A DNA stretch of 63,582 nucleotides, the filler included, from Octopus bimaculoides (lineage: Eukaryota), in the NCBI RefSeq assembly GCF_001194135.2. It is 5 parts of 5 records of this genome, joined end to end, with 100 filler letters (N's around TTAATTAATTAA, not from the genome) between each part and the next. Parts side by side here need not be neighbours in the genome. Positions count along the whole stretch, not along the records: positions 43,173 to 51,826 come from NC_069004.1; positions 51,927 to 62,256 come from NC_068984.1; positions 62,357 to 63,582 come from NC_068996.1; 2 more parts are not named here. One strand, given 5' to 3'. The notes beneath the pieces are model-generated. The model was given only the letters and a program-made list of their open reading frames with translations, had not been told where the DNA came from and searched no databases. Positions 50,268 through 63,582 of the stretch are shown one piece after another. The position numbers were made by a program, and so were the translations under genes. Numbering within the stretch: position 1 is the first letter of the stretch; each line of letters starts with the position of its first letter.

Positions 50268-50887
50268 NNNNNNNNNNNNNNNNNNNNNNNNNNNNNNNNN
50301 NNNNNNNNNNNNNNNNNNNNNNNNNNNNNNNNNNNNNNNNNNNNNNNNNNNNNNNNNNNNNNNNNNNNNNNNNNNNNNNNNNNNNNNNNNNNNNNNNNNN
50401 NNNNNNNNNNNNNNNNNNNNNNNNNNNNNNNNNNNNNNNNNNNNNNNNNNNNNNNNNNNNNNNNNNNNNNNNNNNNNNNNNNNNNNNNNNNNNNNNNNNN
50501 NNNNNNNNNNNNNNNNNNNNNNNNNNNNNNNNNNNNNNNNNNNNNNNNNNNNNNNNNNNNNNNNNNNNNNNNNNNNNNNNNNNNNNNNNNNNNNNNNNNN
50601 NNNNNNNNNNNNNNNNNNNNNNNNNNNNNNNNNNNNNNNNNNNNNNNNNNNNNNNNNNNNNNNNNNNNNNNNNNNNNNNNNNNNNNNNNNNNNNNNNNNN
50701 NNNNNNNNNNNNNNNNNNNNNNNNNNNNNNNNNNNNNNNNNNNNNNNNNNNNNNNNNNNNNNNNNNNNNNNNNNNNNNNNNNNNNNNNNCATATTTATAT
50801 ATATACATCTGTATACATATATGTATACAGATGTGTATATATACATATCTTTACATATACAAATACACACACACACACACACACACG

Positions 50888-50930
<43 letters not shown>

Positions 50931-51926
50931 CTGTATATATATATATATATATATACATACACATATATAGATAATACATACATGCATGTATACATAAGTA
51001 AAGTTTATTGCGTTTGATCTTTGTTGCATAACTTATTCATTCGCTTACACTGATCGAATGAAAAGACCAGATCAATAAGTTCGAACACAGAGAATAATTA
51101 ATCAGGTAAAAAGTTGTAATGTTATTAATCAGAGAGAAAATATTCATTGAAAGTATATAATTGCAATAAACTTTACTTTTCCTTAACATTGTTATATATG
51201 ATGGTATTGGCGCTGGTTCTGGTGGGGGTGATCATATATTTAGTCTTGTTGACAGGGGTGTTATTTAACCCCAATTCAATCACGATCGATTAGACCTACG
51301 ATCAAAGGTTTTTCACCTGAGACCAACCTTTCGTTTATATATTACCTATATTTACCAAAAAATGGAGAGTTTTTTAATATCTTTTTTCTTTTTAGCGGTT
51401 GAACTCGAAGTAGATAACGCTATATATAATACCACAAAAAATATTGGTGAAATAATACCTTTGGATGCATCTGAATTGTCAATAATATAAATCGTACATT
51501 TCATCTTTTTACTCTTTTACTGGTTTCAGTCATTTGACTGCTGCCATGTTGGAGCACCGCCTTTAGTCGAGCAAATCGACCCCACGACTTATTCTTTGTA
51601 AGCCTAGTACTTATTCTATCAGTCTCTCTTTTGCCATTAGGAGTTGCCATTATGCGGTCAGGAATAAAGAAATATTTACAATAACCAAAATTGGTTATGC
51701 GTTCATATTCAAGTTCGGTTCTTTATTTCTTTCTTTTATTAAACAATATTTCACAATGCATCGCGCGGGGAAAATCTCTTGGACGAAGTCCTTAATTCCT
51801 ATATATATATATATATATATATATATNNNNNNNNNNNNNNNNNNNNNNNNNNNNNNNNNNNNNNNNNNNNTTAATTAATTAANNNNNNNNNNNNNNNNNN
51901 NNNNNNNNNNNNNNNNNNNNNNNNNN

Positions 51927-51977
<51 letters not shown>

Positions 51978-51982
51978 ATATA

Positions 51983-52775
51983 CAGGGTGCGCTAGGTAAA
52001 TTATCGCCATTTTATATTTTTAATTTCGCGCACGTGCATTGCTAGTTTTTGATTTTGTCCACTACACAGTATAGTCGGGTCAGTTGGGCACCGTCTGTGA
52101 GAAAAACAACACCCTCATCACACAATTCACTCTGTCAGAAATTTGGAAACGACATGCTGTACTGCATGGCATTTGCAACGGAAGCTCCAATACGAACATT
52201 TCAAAGTGTTTGGGTGTCAATCTGAGGACAGGGCAATCTGAGGACATGTACCAAGAGTGAAAATAATCAAACATCCAGTCAACATCATGGTGTTTGGAGT
52301 GATCACTAGTGATGGTGACGTTATGTCTACATTCATTTTCCCATACGGCCTCAGGCTCAACATGGAGGCCTCTATCAAGTGCCTGGAGTAGGTAGTGCTG
52401 CCCTGGGTCAAGAGGGTGGCTGCTGGAAGACCCTATGTCTGTCAACAGGACTCTTCACCATGCGACACAAGCAGGAGAACCCAGTCATGGCCGTCAGACA
52501 ATTTTTGCGACCACATCACCCCTAACATCTGGCCACCTAACTCCCCAGACTGCAACTCCCTTGATTATTATGTGTGGAGTGCAGCTGAGCAAGAGACAAA
52601 AGTCCTTGTAACACCAAAGATGAACTGAAGGCAAGGATTATGGCAGTATTCCCCATCTTAAACAAGGAGACCGTCCAGAAGAGTTGCAGAAAATTCCAAG
52701 GTCGTCTGGATGCTGTAATTGAAGCCAATGACGATTTTATTGAATAAATCTACTCTTTAGTATTTCAAGATATAT
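51983..52775 (+). mobile_element. Internally deleted maT (DD37D) Tc1/mariner transposon
   Basis: TA then CAGGGTG left TIR. Transposase remnants KHPVNIMVFGVITSDG, QQD, WPPNSPDCNSLDYYVW, with 37 residues counted between the second and third D. Right end is lost in a gap. Confidence 0.85.
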
Positions 52776-53422
52776 NNNNNNNNNNNNNNNNNNNNNNNNN
52801 NNNNNNNNNNNNNNNNNNNNNNNNNNNNNNNNNNNNNNNNNNNNNNNNNNNNNNNNNNNNNNNNNNNNNNNNNNNNNNNNNNNNNNNNNNNNNNNNNNNN
52901 NNNNNNNNNNNNNNNNNNNNNNNNNNNNNNNNNNNNNNNNNNNNNNNNNNNNNNNNNNNNNNNNNNNNNNNNNNNNNNNNNNNNNNNNNNNNNNNNNNNN
53001 NNNNNNNNNNNNNNNNNNNNNNNNNNNNNNNNNNNNNNNNNNNNNNNNNNNNNNNNNNNNNNNNNNNNNNNNACTCAAAGTACCCTTAATTATATATTAA
53101 ATGAATATATGTAGCTTAAATTAGCATATACACTTACAAACTATAAATATTGAATACTATTAATATACATATATGTAAGTGGTAACGGATGCGCTCGATG
53201 CACAGCAATTTTCCCGTTCAGGATGCAGCTCTTATTAGTTCTCATATTAAACTCCTAACGATGTGTGATCCCAAAAAGTTCTATGTAGTCTGAGAAAGGC
53301 TATAATTTAATATAAAGAGGACAGCAATATTGCAACCCCACTCCCACCCAAAAAAACATGGGCATAAAGTTGGTATTCCTCTATTAGATTTGTTAACTAA
53401 GCTTCAGTATTCGGTAATTAAA

Positions 53423-53542
53423 TGATGTCCCACAATATACATGCAATCCATAGATGCAACTCATAATTGCATGTATAATAGTCATAACCAGACGCTGGGC
53501 TTATCAGTTGCACACATGGATTGCATTTATATTGTGGCATCA
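53423..53542. repeat. Inverted repeat, 39/37-bp arms with 44-bp spacer
   Basis: tgatgtcccacaatatacatgcaatccatagatgcaact vs reverse complement tgatgccacaatataaatgcaatccatgtgtgcaact. Confidence 0.85.
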
Positions 53543-54810
53543 TATAATTACCAAACTCTGAAACATATGTAACAGATGTAAAGTTCATACCCCCCACCTA
53601 CACACTAACTCATGTATATATAAGTATGCATACATATATATACTCACATAAATACGTACATACACACACATATATTTCTGTATATATATAATATGATTAC
53701 ACCAACGCTCACGTATATGTAACTCTGGTACAGAGTATTCTTTCTTCCATACGTCACCCTTGCATCTATAGAAATAGACATATATATATATACATACACA
53801 TACACACACATAAATAATTACACACACACACATATATACATGCATACATGAATGAATCTATCCATACTTTCACATACTTGCATATTACCACACTCATACA
53901 ATCATATATAAACATAAATACACGCACGCACTCGCTCTTAAAGATGTTAAAACAGAGGAAAAGAGTATTGAGTAACAGTGTTTATTTATTTGTTCGAAGT
54001 GGCTGAGTTATCCCATCGTCACCCTGGATTAGTCGCTTCTGTTCTCTCGTTCATAAAACTGTTACCTATTGTGACAACTCACTAATGTATACACCCACAA
54101 TGTTGAGTGATATTATACCACTGTATGCCAAATTTTAGTTCGTTTACATATAGTTTGACCACCAGGCATATTTAAGGACGTCATTAACGAAATATAAAAC
54201 GGGTTTTTCTGCGAAAAAGAAAATTACAAATACAACTACTTGTAAAGTAAACATGCCTTAAAGGCCAGATTTAAAGCCGTTTTAAATTTTGTCTTATTGT
54301 ATCTCTCTTAATCATATCATTTTACAAATAAATTGATACAAATTTTTTAAATATTTCCCTCAATATTGTATCGCATGCATTAATTTTCCATTCAAATGTG
54401 AAGGGAAGTATGTCGATAGTTTGGGGCTAAATATGAAATAAAATATACATAAAAACAATAAAGGTGTAAAAAAAGAGAAGCTAATCTCTCTGCTAGTAGT
54501 ATTTGCTTGGAATTAAATTTATTTTCATGCTAATAAATATTTCACTAGCAAGAATGTGAAATGTATTTGCTTTCCTGCTTTCCAATAATTGGAAGCTAAA
54601 ATTCAAATAGCAATGAAGTGTTGTGTCGTCAAGCAATTCAAATGCACACTTCTATTGTGAAAAATAACCAATGTCAAAAGCCGGGTTCTTAAAAAATTAC
54701 ACGAATGCAGTAATTAAAAACGAAATAATTGCAACATAAATAAGTGAATAAAATAAATGAATAAATAAATCAGAAAGTTCCTTTGTTACAGAAAAGAAGG
54801 CACAATTATA

Positions 54811-55830
54811 TTGGGTCATCCCATAAATAATGTGTTTTTTTTTTCAATTACATAAACTAAAAGTCGGAGAGGGATCGGATTAACTACCTACATCAACTTG
54901 CTATAAAAACAGGTCGTAATTTAACTTATAACTTATTCTTAGTGAAAGTTTTGAAGAGTGCAGTTCGATTTTAACAGTTATCTTTTTAAAGCTATAATGG
55001 AAGTGACAAAGGAGCATATTCATCATATTTTGCTTTATGAGTTCAACAAAGGTAACATCGCAACAGAAAATGTGAGGAATATTAATGCAGTACATGGGGA
55101 TCGTACAATAAGCCTAAGCCGCTGTCAACGATGGTTTCAGAAATTCCGAACCGGAAACTTCAGACTAGAAGACGAGCTTTGTCCTGGAAGATCTGTAGAG
55201 CTCGACGAGGACATGCTGCAAACCCTGGTGGAACAAAATCCCATTGTAACTGTTGAGGAACTAGCAGATAAGCCTAGATTTGGTCATTCAACCATTCATC
55301 GACACCTGCATACCATCGGAAAAGTCAGCAAATTGGGTCAATGGGTTCCTCAAAAATTCCCGAGGCTAAATGTGCACAGAGTGAATGTGTGCTCTTCTTT
55401 GCTATCACGTCTCACGAATGAACCTTTTTTGCACCAAATAGTGACTGGTGAGGAGAAATGAGTTCTCTATAAAAATGTCAAGCGTCGAAGATAGCGGGTA
55501 GGGAAAGGAAAACACTGACACCCCAGGCTAAAGAAGCTCTTCACACACGTAAGGTGTTGCTATATGTTTTAGTCCACTTTGAACTTTTGAACTCAAACCA
55601 AACAATAACAAAGGAGATCTACTGCAAGCAGCTTCAGTGGCTTAAGTGAGTGCTAAAAGAAATAGGACCACCTTTGGTTTCAAGACGAAAGCTGTTCTTC
55701 CATCACGATAATGCTCGACTACATACATCGAGGATGACATTCCAAAGGCTAGAACAGTCTGAATGGGAAACAATTCTCCAACCACCATATTCGCCTATCC
55801 AGATTGATCCGCCCAGATGTAATTTCCAAA
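54811..55830 (+). mobile_element. Decayed mariner transposon (Mos1/Hsmar-type transposase pseudogene)
   Basis: TA then ttgggtcatcccataaataa left TIR, ATG at 54997, HTH (RWFQKFRTG, GRSVELD), WVPQ, IVTGEEK*, FHHDNAR and PPYSP. Stops and frameshifts present; third D and right TIR missing. Confidence 0.92.
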
Positions 55831-56612
55831 GACCGGAGCGGAAATTTTCGCGCACTGATATACGTGTCGATCCCCTTCTGACCTAAATATCGTCAAAAAG
55901 TAGGCAAAAAAAAAAAAAGAAAAAAACTGTCAAAGTGCAAGTATTTGAAATAAACAGGCTGAAAGAGAGAACAGCAAACATAATATGAACCTTAGAAACA
56001 ATTAAAAAAAATATGAACCTAAATATAATATTTATACCAACGTGACATACATATCCTTCATATGATACTTTCACTTGAATGGTACAGCTCGAACGGTACA
56101 TTCTGCACACAACAAATTTATTATGCATTCGCCACCGAATAAAATAACTCTTCTCATACAACACTTACTCTGCTAAACACTACAGCACATACTCTACGCA
56201 ACAATCACCCAAGAAAATAACCCACCACGTACTCTTGCATAATCAATACCCGATACAGTCACACCAACAGATCACACAATTTACATTCTACACGTTTACT
56301 ATCCTTTGATATAACACGACTCATATAGAACGTTCTCTACACAACCGTCGTTCGACACTAAAACACAAAGCGCCAATTACACAGCATGTACGAAATGTGA
56401 ACAGTCAACCAACAAAATAACACAACTTAGATTGCGTATATTCTATCAACTAGAGGAAACATTAAAATATCACAAGAAATAAGAAAGCAATACTGAAGTA
56501 GTATAAACATACAGTTCTACACCCACAAAGCAATACTGTATACATATCAGGAACAAAGAAGTGGACCAGTTTGTGCGATAGAAACTCACATAAAACTGTT
56601 GGAAACATGATA

Positions 56613-56658
<46 letters not shown>

Positions 56659-58305
56659 GTAATAACAACAACAACAAAAAATAATAATAATAATAATCGC
56701 CTTGAGAAGCAACCAAGTTTTTTTTATAGTCAAGGTAAATGCGTCTTGGGAGGTCTTCTGCGCATATGTAAAAGAAATCAATAGTCAAGATAAAAACTGC
56801 CAATTCTTAATGTATCTTGTCTACCAAGCAGCAAGATGATATCTTTTACTTTGAGTGAAATAGAGCCACCATGATTTGCACCATTGTTATTCTTCTTTTC
56901 TCCATCAATGGAAAAAATGTTAATGTTGCTGAAATGCTAATACAAAGGTCTATGTGACTTCTCACACTAACTAAAGTCATGGCTTTCCTGTCCTTTCAAA
57001 GCATTTGTATGGGATAATGATTTCAGAATTGGGAAGCTGATACATCAACATCACAAAATCAGCAACCAAAAAATTCAATAATCCATAAAAACAGTTTTAA
57101 GATTGCGATCATTAGACTCATTTTGTAAAGATGTTTTTCTCTTTTTTCCTAGTAGCTAAGAAAATATTTTCGTATAACTAAGCAGGGATAAAAATTTTAC
57201 TCATAACTATATATACATTGGCTTGTTACTTATTTAACCAAATTCATCAACTGAATTGATTTGTCTTGCAGACAAAGTTATAATATACATATAAACATAA
57301 ACATTGAAAGTAATGGTTATGAATTTGGAGTGTCTGATGTAGAAAAAAATGGTTATCTTTGTGAAGGATTACTTGAATGTCATAGAGGTGAAAGTTGCAG
57401 ATAAGTTCTGAAAACTTCTAGCAAAGAATGAAACTTCTCCGAAACTTGAGCCAAATGAGCGAGCCTCCACGTGATTAGTAACCTACTAGAAATAGGACCC
57501 AATCTATCTCAATCCATATTCTACTGTCTTAAAGAAAAAATATCAGAGTTGAGTCAGTAAAATAAGATTGTCATGGTTAGAATGCTTTTGATCAAGGTTA
57601 ATCTGAAAGTAAACAAATACAACAGCAACAACTTAAGCAAACTGATATATTTTTATAAGGGATTATGGGATACTATAGATAATGTAACTAGATTTGCAAA
57701 TTTCTAATACTATTTCTGAAGCCGTTCATCACAGAGATTCCCATTCATTGAAATGTGTCGCCTTCAACAATAATGAAGTAGATTAAACGAACAAATGTTT
57801 AGCTGAAATCTATGAAACCTTTCATGGGTTTCATCTTTGTGGTTCACGATTTTATCTCTACTAGTATGTCAGCCACGTATTTACGAAATCTTCACATATT
57901 GCTACATTTCGAGATTAACAATCAAACAAAATTCTATAGGATAATAATTCTGAAGAGTCATTGTTCTGTATTTTTCAATTATTTAAATTAGTGTTCCAAA
58001 TAAATATTTAGAGGATAAAGGCAATAACAATTAGAGCAAAATTTATTTTGCTTCTGGAAGTAAGAGTTGGAAAAAATATAAAATTGGAGATCATATAATC
58101 ATATAAACTTACCCCGCGCAGGCATGGCTGTGTAAAAAGAAGTTTGTGTCCAAACCGCATGATTTCGGGTTTATTCCTGCCGCATAGCATCTTGGACAAG
58201 TGTCTCCTACTATAGTTCCAAGCTGACCAAAGTCTTGTGAGTAGATATGGTGGGTGGAAACCAAAAGAAGTCCGTTAGGAATGTATATATATATATATAT
58301 ATATA

Positions 58306-58377
58306 TGTCCAGAAAGTTTTGTCTGATTTTTATTTTATTGTACATATATAATTGGGCGAAACTTTCTGAACACCCTG
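58306..58377. mobile_element. 72-bp remnant of a CAGGGTG-terminus Tc1/maT element
   Basis: tgtccagaaagttt vs aaactttctgaacaccctg-TA inverted ends, embedded in (TA)n. Confidence 0.45.
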
Positions 58378-58431
58378 TATGTGTGTGTGTGTATATATAT
58401 ATATATATAAAGATGTGTGTGTGTGTGTTGT

Positions 58432-58712
58432 GACAACCAGGAGACAATTTCCTGTAGAGTATGATCTTTGACAGGCAATGGTTCCCTATTCTGGAGACAT
58501 GCCCCGGCCAGCGCAGCTGTATCTTCATAACAATGACCTCCATACTGGTGGTCTTGGCTTCTCGAGGACCTTTCTGTCGGTAACATTGTCACTTCAGTGA
58601 ATACTTAATTTGGTGCGTTGGAGGCGAGTGTGACTGCGACACAAGACCAATGACTGAGCCGTAAAAGGGAATGGTAAGGGCTATGGCCTTGTAAACGTTG
58701 AGCTTTGTCTCT
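58432..58712 (-). mobile_element. BovB-like RTE ORF2 C-terminal fragment
   Basis: ETKLNVYKAIALTIPFYG...MEVIVMKIQLRWPGHVSRIGNHCLSKIILYRKLSPG resembles the RTE/BovB post-RT motif LRWAGHVSRM..RLPK..LYGEL. Confidence 0.8.
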
Positions 58713-58721
58713 GTTTCCACG

Positions 58722-58771
<50 letters not shown>

Positions 58772-61700
58772 TAAACAAACAAATACATATGTGTGTATGT
58801 GTGCATGTGTTGCATTTGTATTAAAGTTTAACAGGCAGATTCAAGTTGAACAAAAGTGAATCTTAGAATCTGGTCAGTTCTCAACGAGAGTCAGTTGATA
58901 TATGTTATTAAAATATTGATTTAAACTTTGAAATCAGTATACATATGCGTACTGGATACATACTGACTGTAACCTCTTGCCAAGGTAGATTCTCCAGTTC
59001 AAGACAACAAGTTCAAATGTACGTTTGATCAATACTGGTAGAGCAGTGAATTTGAAACAGCATACTAATACGTTGAAAAGTCTTATACAAATGAATGAGT
59101 CGGTTTATCAACAGCTTGATCTGCTGTAAAATATTAGGAAGCATATAGGTAATGTATTGTTTTTAAAATTGCACTTGGCTCACGTTTGTACAAAAGTGGC
59201 AATGGCGTGTTGTGAAATTACTTCAAGCAAGAATGTGTAAATGGCTCGAAAAAATTAGCCTGCCAGGGAGCCTCCTTTTAAATTATGGCGCTCGTAGATA
59301 TGAAATATATTAAAAGGCTACTTATTCTTATTTCTGTATAGATTTCTCTTCTATCAATAATACATATGTTTGCAGACACGAAAGAGAAATAATATAAGTG
59401 ATAAACAAGAACAATTTTATTGCAGAAAAACCTTACAGGTGCCGTCGTATTCTAAAAACATTAGTTTGTTGAACATAAAGAGATTTTGTAAAGAAATGGA
59501 AGACAGCTTATCTTTCCTACGAAACTCTAAAATCGATGCGAGAAATTAGAGACATCTTACAGGGCCAATAAATAGACACATCGCCTGATTTCAAAATAAC
59601 ATTTATGGGTATTTTAATAATAAATTTATATAAATTAGATAAAAATATTTAGATTATTGGAAAATTTGCCTGACAATAGCTGTCATTGTTAGATCTCAAT
59701 TTCTTGTGGGTCAACTGGTCAGTACATACTACTGTTATTGAAACTTTTCTATCTAAATATGACAGTTATCTCTGAAGAAAACAGGCTAGATAAACTAAAT
59801 TAGTCACGGAAAATGTCGGAAAATGTGAGCATAAACCAGAAAAGAAATTATTTGGAAACTTCAGTGCACGAAATATATAGCTTAGGTTGGTGTATCAGAA
59901 ATGATTGATTTCTGTCTCTTCAGAGAATGATTTTCACACTATTCAGAACTAATTGAGTGAGTCATCTGATCAATCTTATTTAGTTTTGTTACCTTGATCA
60001 TCAAAATATTGATTTCAATCACATATCATAGAGTTATGACTTTTTAGTAGAGAATCACATCAATATCTGTAGGATTAGTTGTTTAAACCATTTCGAAATA
60101 CTTTAAATCAATTGTTAAATGTAACGGCAAAAAATAGTTAGGGGTGGAGAGGTCTGAAAGTATTTTTGAATCTATCTCACTGGGTCCTTGATAAATTTCT
60201 TTCAAAATATGGGAACTATCTTTGTTCACACCTGACAAAAGATGTATTTATCAAGAGCGTATATGAAGAATTATAGTTACTAAAAATGCCAATAAATAGA
60301 AGTTGTCGAGAGTTTAAAGGTTATCCAATTTTAGATATTTCATTTCATCGACACAAATAAGGATCGTGCTAGTTTGTTTTAAGAAGCACCACATTCAGTC
60401 AGGATATTTAAACACTATTTTGTGAGTCAGGATAGTATTACGACTAAGGAATTTTACAATAGCTGAACATTATATTTACCATAAAATATAAACTATAATA
60501 GTATAATGCTAACTTTTATAGACAGAAGGCGATACATCAGTTGCAGTATCGGCAATATCAGTAGTAGTATCAACAGCAATATCAGCAGTAACATTAACAG
60601 AAGCAACTACAGATATTATAAATCGAAGAATATGTCACTAGTTTAGTCTTGTTTCAGAATTATGAATCGTCTAAAATCTCCTTCCCTTCTACTACACTAC
60701 CAAGGAAGAGCATCAAATATTTGGACAAGCTTTGTATTCCCCGAACGAATATATAGCTATTGATTTACTCAGCAGAATATGACTGAAGAACAAAACCTCG
60801 TATACAATAGTTTTTAAGTTACTGTTTTAAATGGAGAAACACGGCTCGTTAAGAACACTGCAGTAAGTTATGTTTATTCTTGCTTATGAAGACAAATCTC
60901 TTTTTATCTTCTGTCCATTATTTTGAAACTGCTCTCCTTATGTTGCTGCCGCAACAGAAACCCAGCTTGCGTCTGCCACTATATATCGAACTAAAGTTTG
61001 GTTGCTTAACTTAACACAAGAAAATTCTTTCTTTATTGTTAGCAAATAATTTAAAGTCTATAAAAGAGAGCTTCTCGGAATTATAGGAATAAGCAGGAAC
61101 ATGACTTGCACAGAGAAGGAACTAGATAATAGTTTACGTGTACTTGCATGCACATGTATATTCTTAGAATTTCTTTATACTTATATCAATCAAACTGTCT
61201 TTCACACACACATACATATATATGTGAGTATATGTATACACACACACATATGTATAGGGAGAGAGATATAAAGAGGTTAAAATATGAAGCAGATAGAGAA
61301 AATGGAAGATGAAAAAAATGATTACGAATCCTTTGTTCGGATATGTTAACGATACAGATAAAAGTGAATCTATTTTCTACGTATGTTTTCTTATAGTTAT
61401 TTCGTATGAAACAGGCTCACATTATCCCTGAACTCACGCAAACTGAATTCAAGGCATGTTATTACGTTTTTGAATATAATTGCAATACTGGATTTAGAAA
61501 GAAGCCCTTTTTTATCGTTCGTTTGGATTTCAGTATTATAGTGACAGGTAAACCCTGACAATTGCAAATATCAGTTTTATTGATCTTAACATCCCAATCT
61601 CTCTCTGCATTGTCAAGAGTAAAAGGATCCGACTTCTTTCAAAGCGAGACCTTCAAACGAATGGAATGTTTGTAAGAACCGTAATAAGCACTTGGAACAT

Positions 61701-62022
61701 GAACCACGCTTTCACTAATTTTGTTTTTAAGCGTCCATGTAGTCGCGAGCTGATATAGACACCCTCTCGGCCCTCCGACCTCTTGAGTCTGTGGAGCATA
61801 GTAGATGTGACTGTTGAAGGGAGAAAGGGCTGTATCAGTACTCGGTTGGTTTTCATTTTCATCCAAGTAGACAAGAACAACAGGAAATAAAGTGTCCTAC
61901 TCAAGAGTTTAAGCTGTTCCGCGGTCTAGGAATCGAACTCACAACCTTATACTCGTGAGCACGAGTATACTCAATCCCCGCGCGCACACACAGATACACA
62001 CACACACACATACATACACCCA

Positions 62023-62058
<36 letters not shown>

Positions 62059-62168
62059 CATACATACATACATACATACATACATACACATATACGTATA
62101 TCCATATCAGCCACCCTATGTATGTATGTATGTATGTATGTATGTATGTATGTATGTATGTATGTATG

Positions 62169-62203
<35 letters not shown>

Positions 62204-62414
62204 AAGGGCGGAAGCAATAAGGTATAGCAGGGCACTAGCTGTAGAGAGGAACAGAGNNNNNNNNNNNNNNNNNNNNNNNNNNNNNNNNNNNNNNNNNNNN
62301 TTAATTAATTAANNNNNNNNNNNNNNNNNNNNNNNNNNNNNNNNNNNNNNNNNNNNCCAAGAAGCCATCGCCTCTAGCTAGCTATGTGACACACGAAACC
62401 TGTGTCCTTTATAA

Positions 62415-62548
62415 CCTTCGAACAGGGGAGGTCAGCAGTGTCCCCCTGCTGGTTTGGCATCTGCAGACTAATTTCAGGGTGTTGCCCCTTGTCAATGCAG
62501 AGCAGCCAAGCCCTAGCCAGGCGGCGCTGCTGACTATCTGTTCGAAGG
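62415..62548. mobile_element. Small MITE-like element with bipartite inverted ends
   Basis: ccttcgaacag / ctgttcgaagg plus inner gtcagcagtg / cgctgctgac, flanks ataa / ttat (TTAA-like). Confidence 0.55.
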
Positions 62549-63547
62549 TTATTTATCTAATTTCAGTCGAATCTATCCACTGGTTTTCAGAAATAGAGTT
62601 ATTAATATTTCTAAGTCTCTCTAAAGGAGACTACTATATATATTTGATTGAACGCCACGCATCCATTTCCAAGTAAGTTTATCTTAATCTTTTTGATGCG
62701 ATTCTACTCTATACAGTTCTCTCCCCTTCACCGTTTTCTATCTCTCTCTCCCTCTTTCTCTTTTATTCTTTCTCATTGCTCACACGTGACAATTGTCCAT
62801 CTTTCTTTTCTTCACGCGATCATCTTCCTTTTCTTTCAGGGCTCTCCTAGAGGCTGGACGTGTCCTATCTATCTATCTCTTCTTTCTTTTCTCTTGTCAA
62901 AGCAAATACTTCTCCAGCATTCGCTATTTTACCCTCGTTCTGGTCTAGCGACCATCCATGTTTGTTTTCGTTCGGTTTCCTTGTATGTCCCCATTGTTCT
63001 GTTTTTGTTTTCACCTTTGACCATCCATAAATCCCAAATATTATTTTGGTATTTATGGGAGCAACTGCCTTCGAAAACTCCTATTGTCTTTCAATACTTG
63101 AAATGAGGAGTAGATGGACAGCCGAAAACTGATGAAGGGTCGTTTTTTACGTTACTTGTCTTGTTTTCCATTTGTTCCTCTCGTTGTTTGCGTGTTCAAC
63201 TCATTTGTTTCCGCATTTCATGTTGTTCATTGTTTGTGACGTCAGGTACCCATGTATGCACATATATATATATGTATATTATTTATATGCATGTATGTAT
63301 ATCCCAATCCCAACAAGTTTCTTCTCGGTGTCTCCACAGTGGAAGCAATATTATTGATAATGGCCGAAACTGCGTTTGATCTTCTGGCCGGTAACTGATG
63401 AAGAATTGGCGACCTGTCTTTTCTGTTTGTCTTTGTATTTAGTATATGTTCGGTTGTTTATTTACTACACGTTTTATTCACTTATATATAGTATAATATA
63501 TAATATGGTAGGTCATATTTTCCCCTTGTCTTTTTATTTAATCTTGA

Positions 63548-63582
<35 letters not shown>

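Noticed and set aside
59420-59470. EKPYRC after an acceptor-like site, resembling a C2H2 zinc-finger linker (expanded family in octopus)
   Set aside because: No second Cys or HxxxH follows, and a stop occurs within 10 codons.
60830-61000. Possible 95-nt intron (gca|GTAAGT ... caacAG) on the plus strand
   Set aside because: Flanking frames close within about 20 codons; no supporting exons.

Overview
Repeat-saturated, AT-rich eukaryotic genomic DNA with many N gaps. The repeat families and microsatellite style suggest an octopod cephalopod, probably Octopus (inference from recalled repeat sequences, no search run). There is no long intact ORF. Most track ORFs are microsatellite, N-gap or repeat read-throughs. 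The window holds: (i) a tentative, unidentified plus-strand gene with small exons, best supported at 28.8-30.1 kb, with phase-compatible candidates from 1.8 to 40.7 kb; (ii) dozens of copies of at least three tRNA-derived SINE families and of the 3' tail of an RTE-clade LINE; (iii) decayed LINE fragments (two RTE lineages, R4/Dong-like, Penelope GIY-YIG); (iv) DNA transposon relics (mariner, maT DD37D, Tigger/pogo, hAT and piggyBac-type MITEs); (v) Penelope-type minimal hammerhead ribozyme motifs, including one near-canonical type I motif at 2357-2426 (-) and an inverted pair inside a 159-bp palindrome at 46222-46380. CpG content and repeat composition appear to shift at about 43 kb. No CRISPR arrays, rRNA or true tRNA genes were seen. 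Repeat boundaries are approximate (about +/-10-20 nt) unless a TSD or TIR is quoted.
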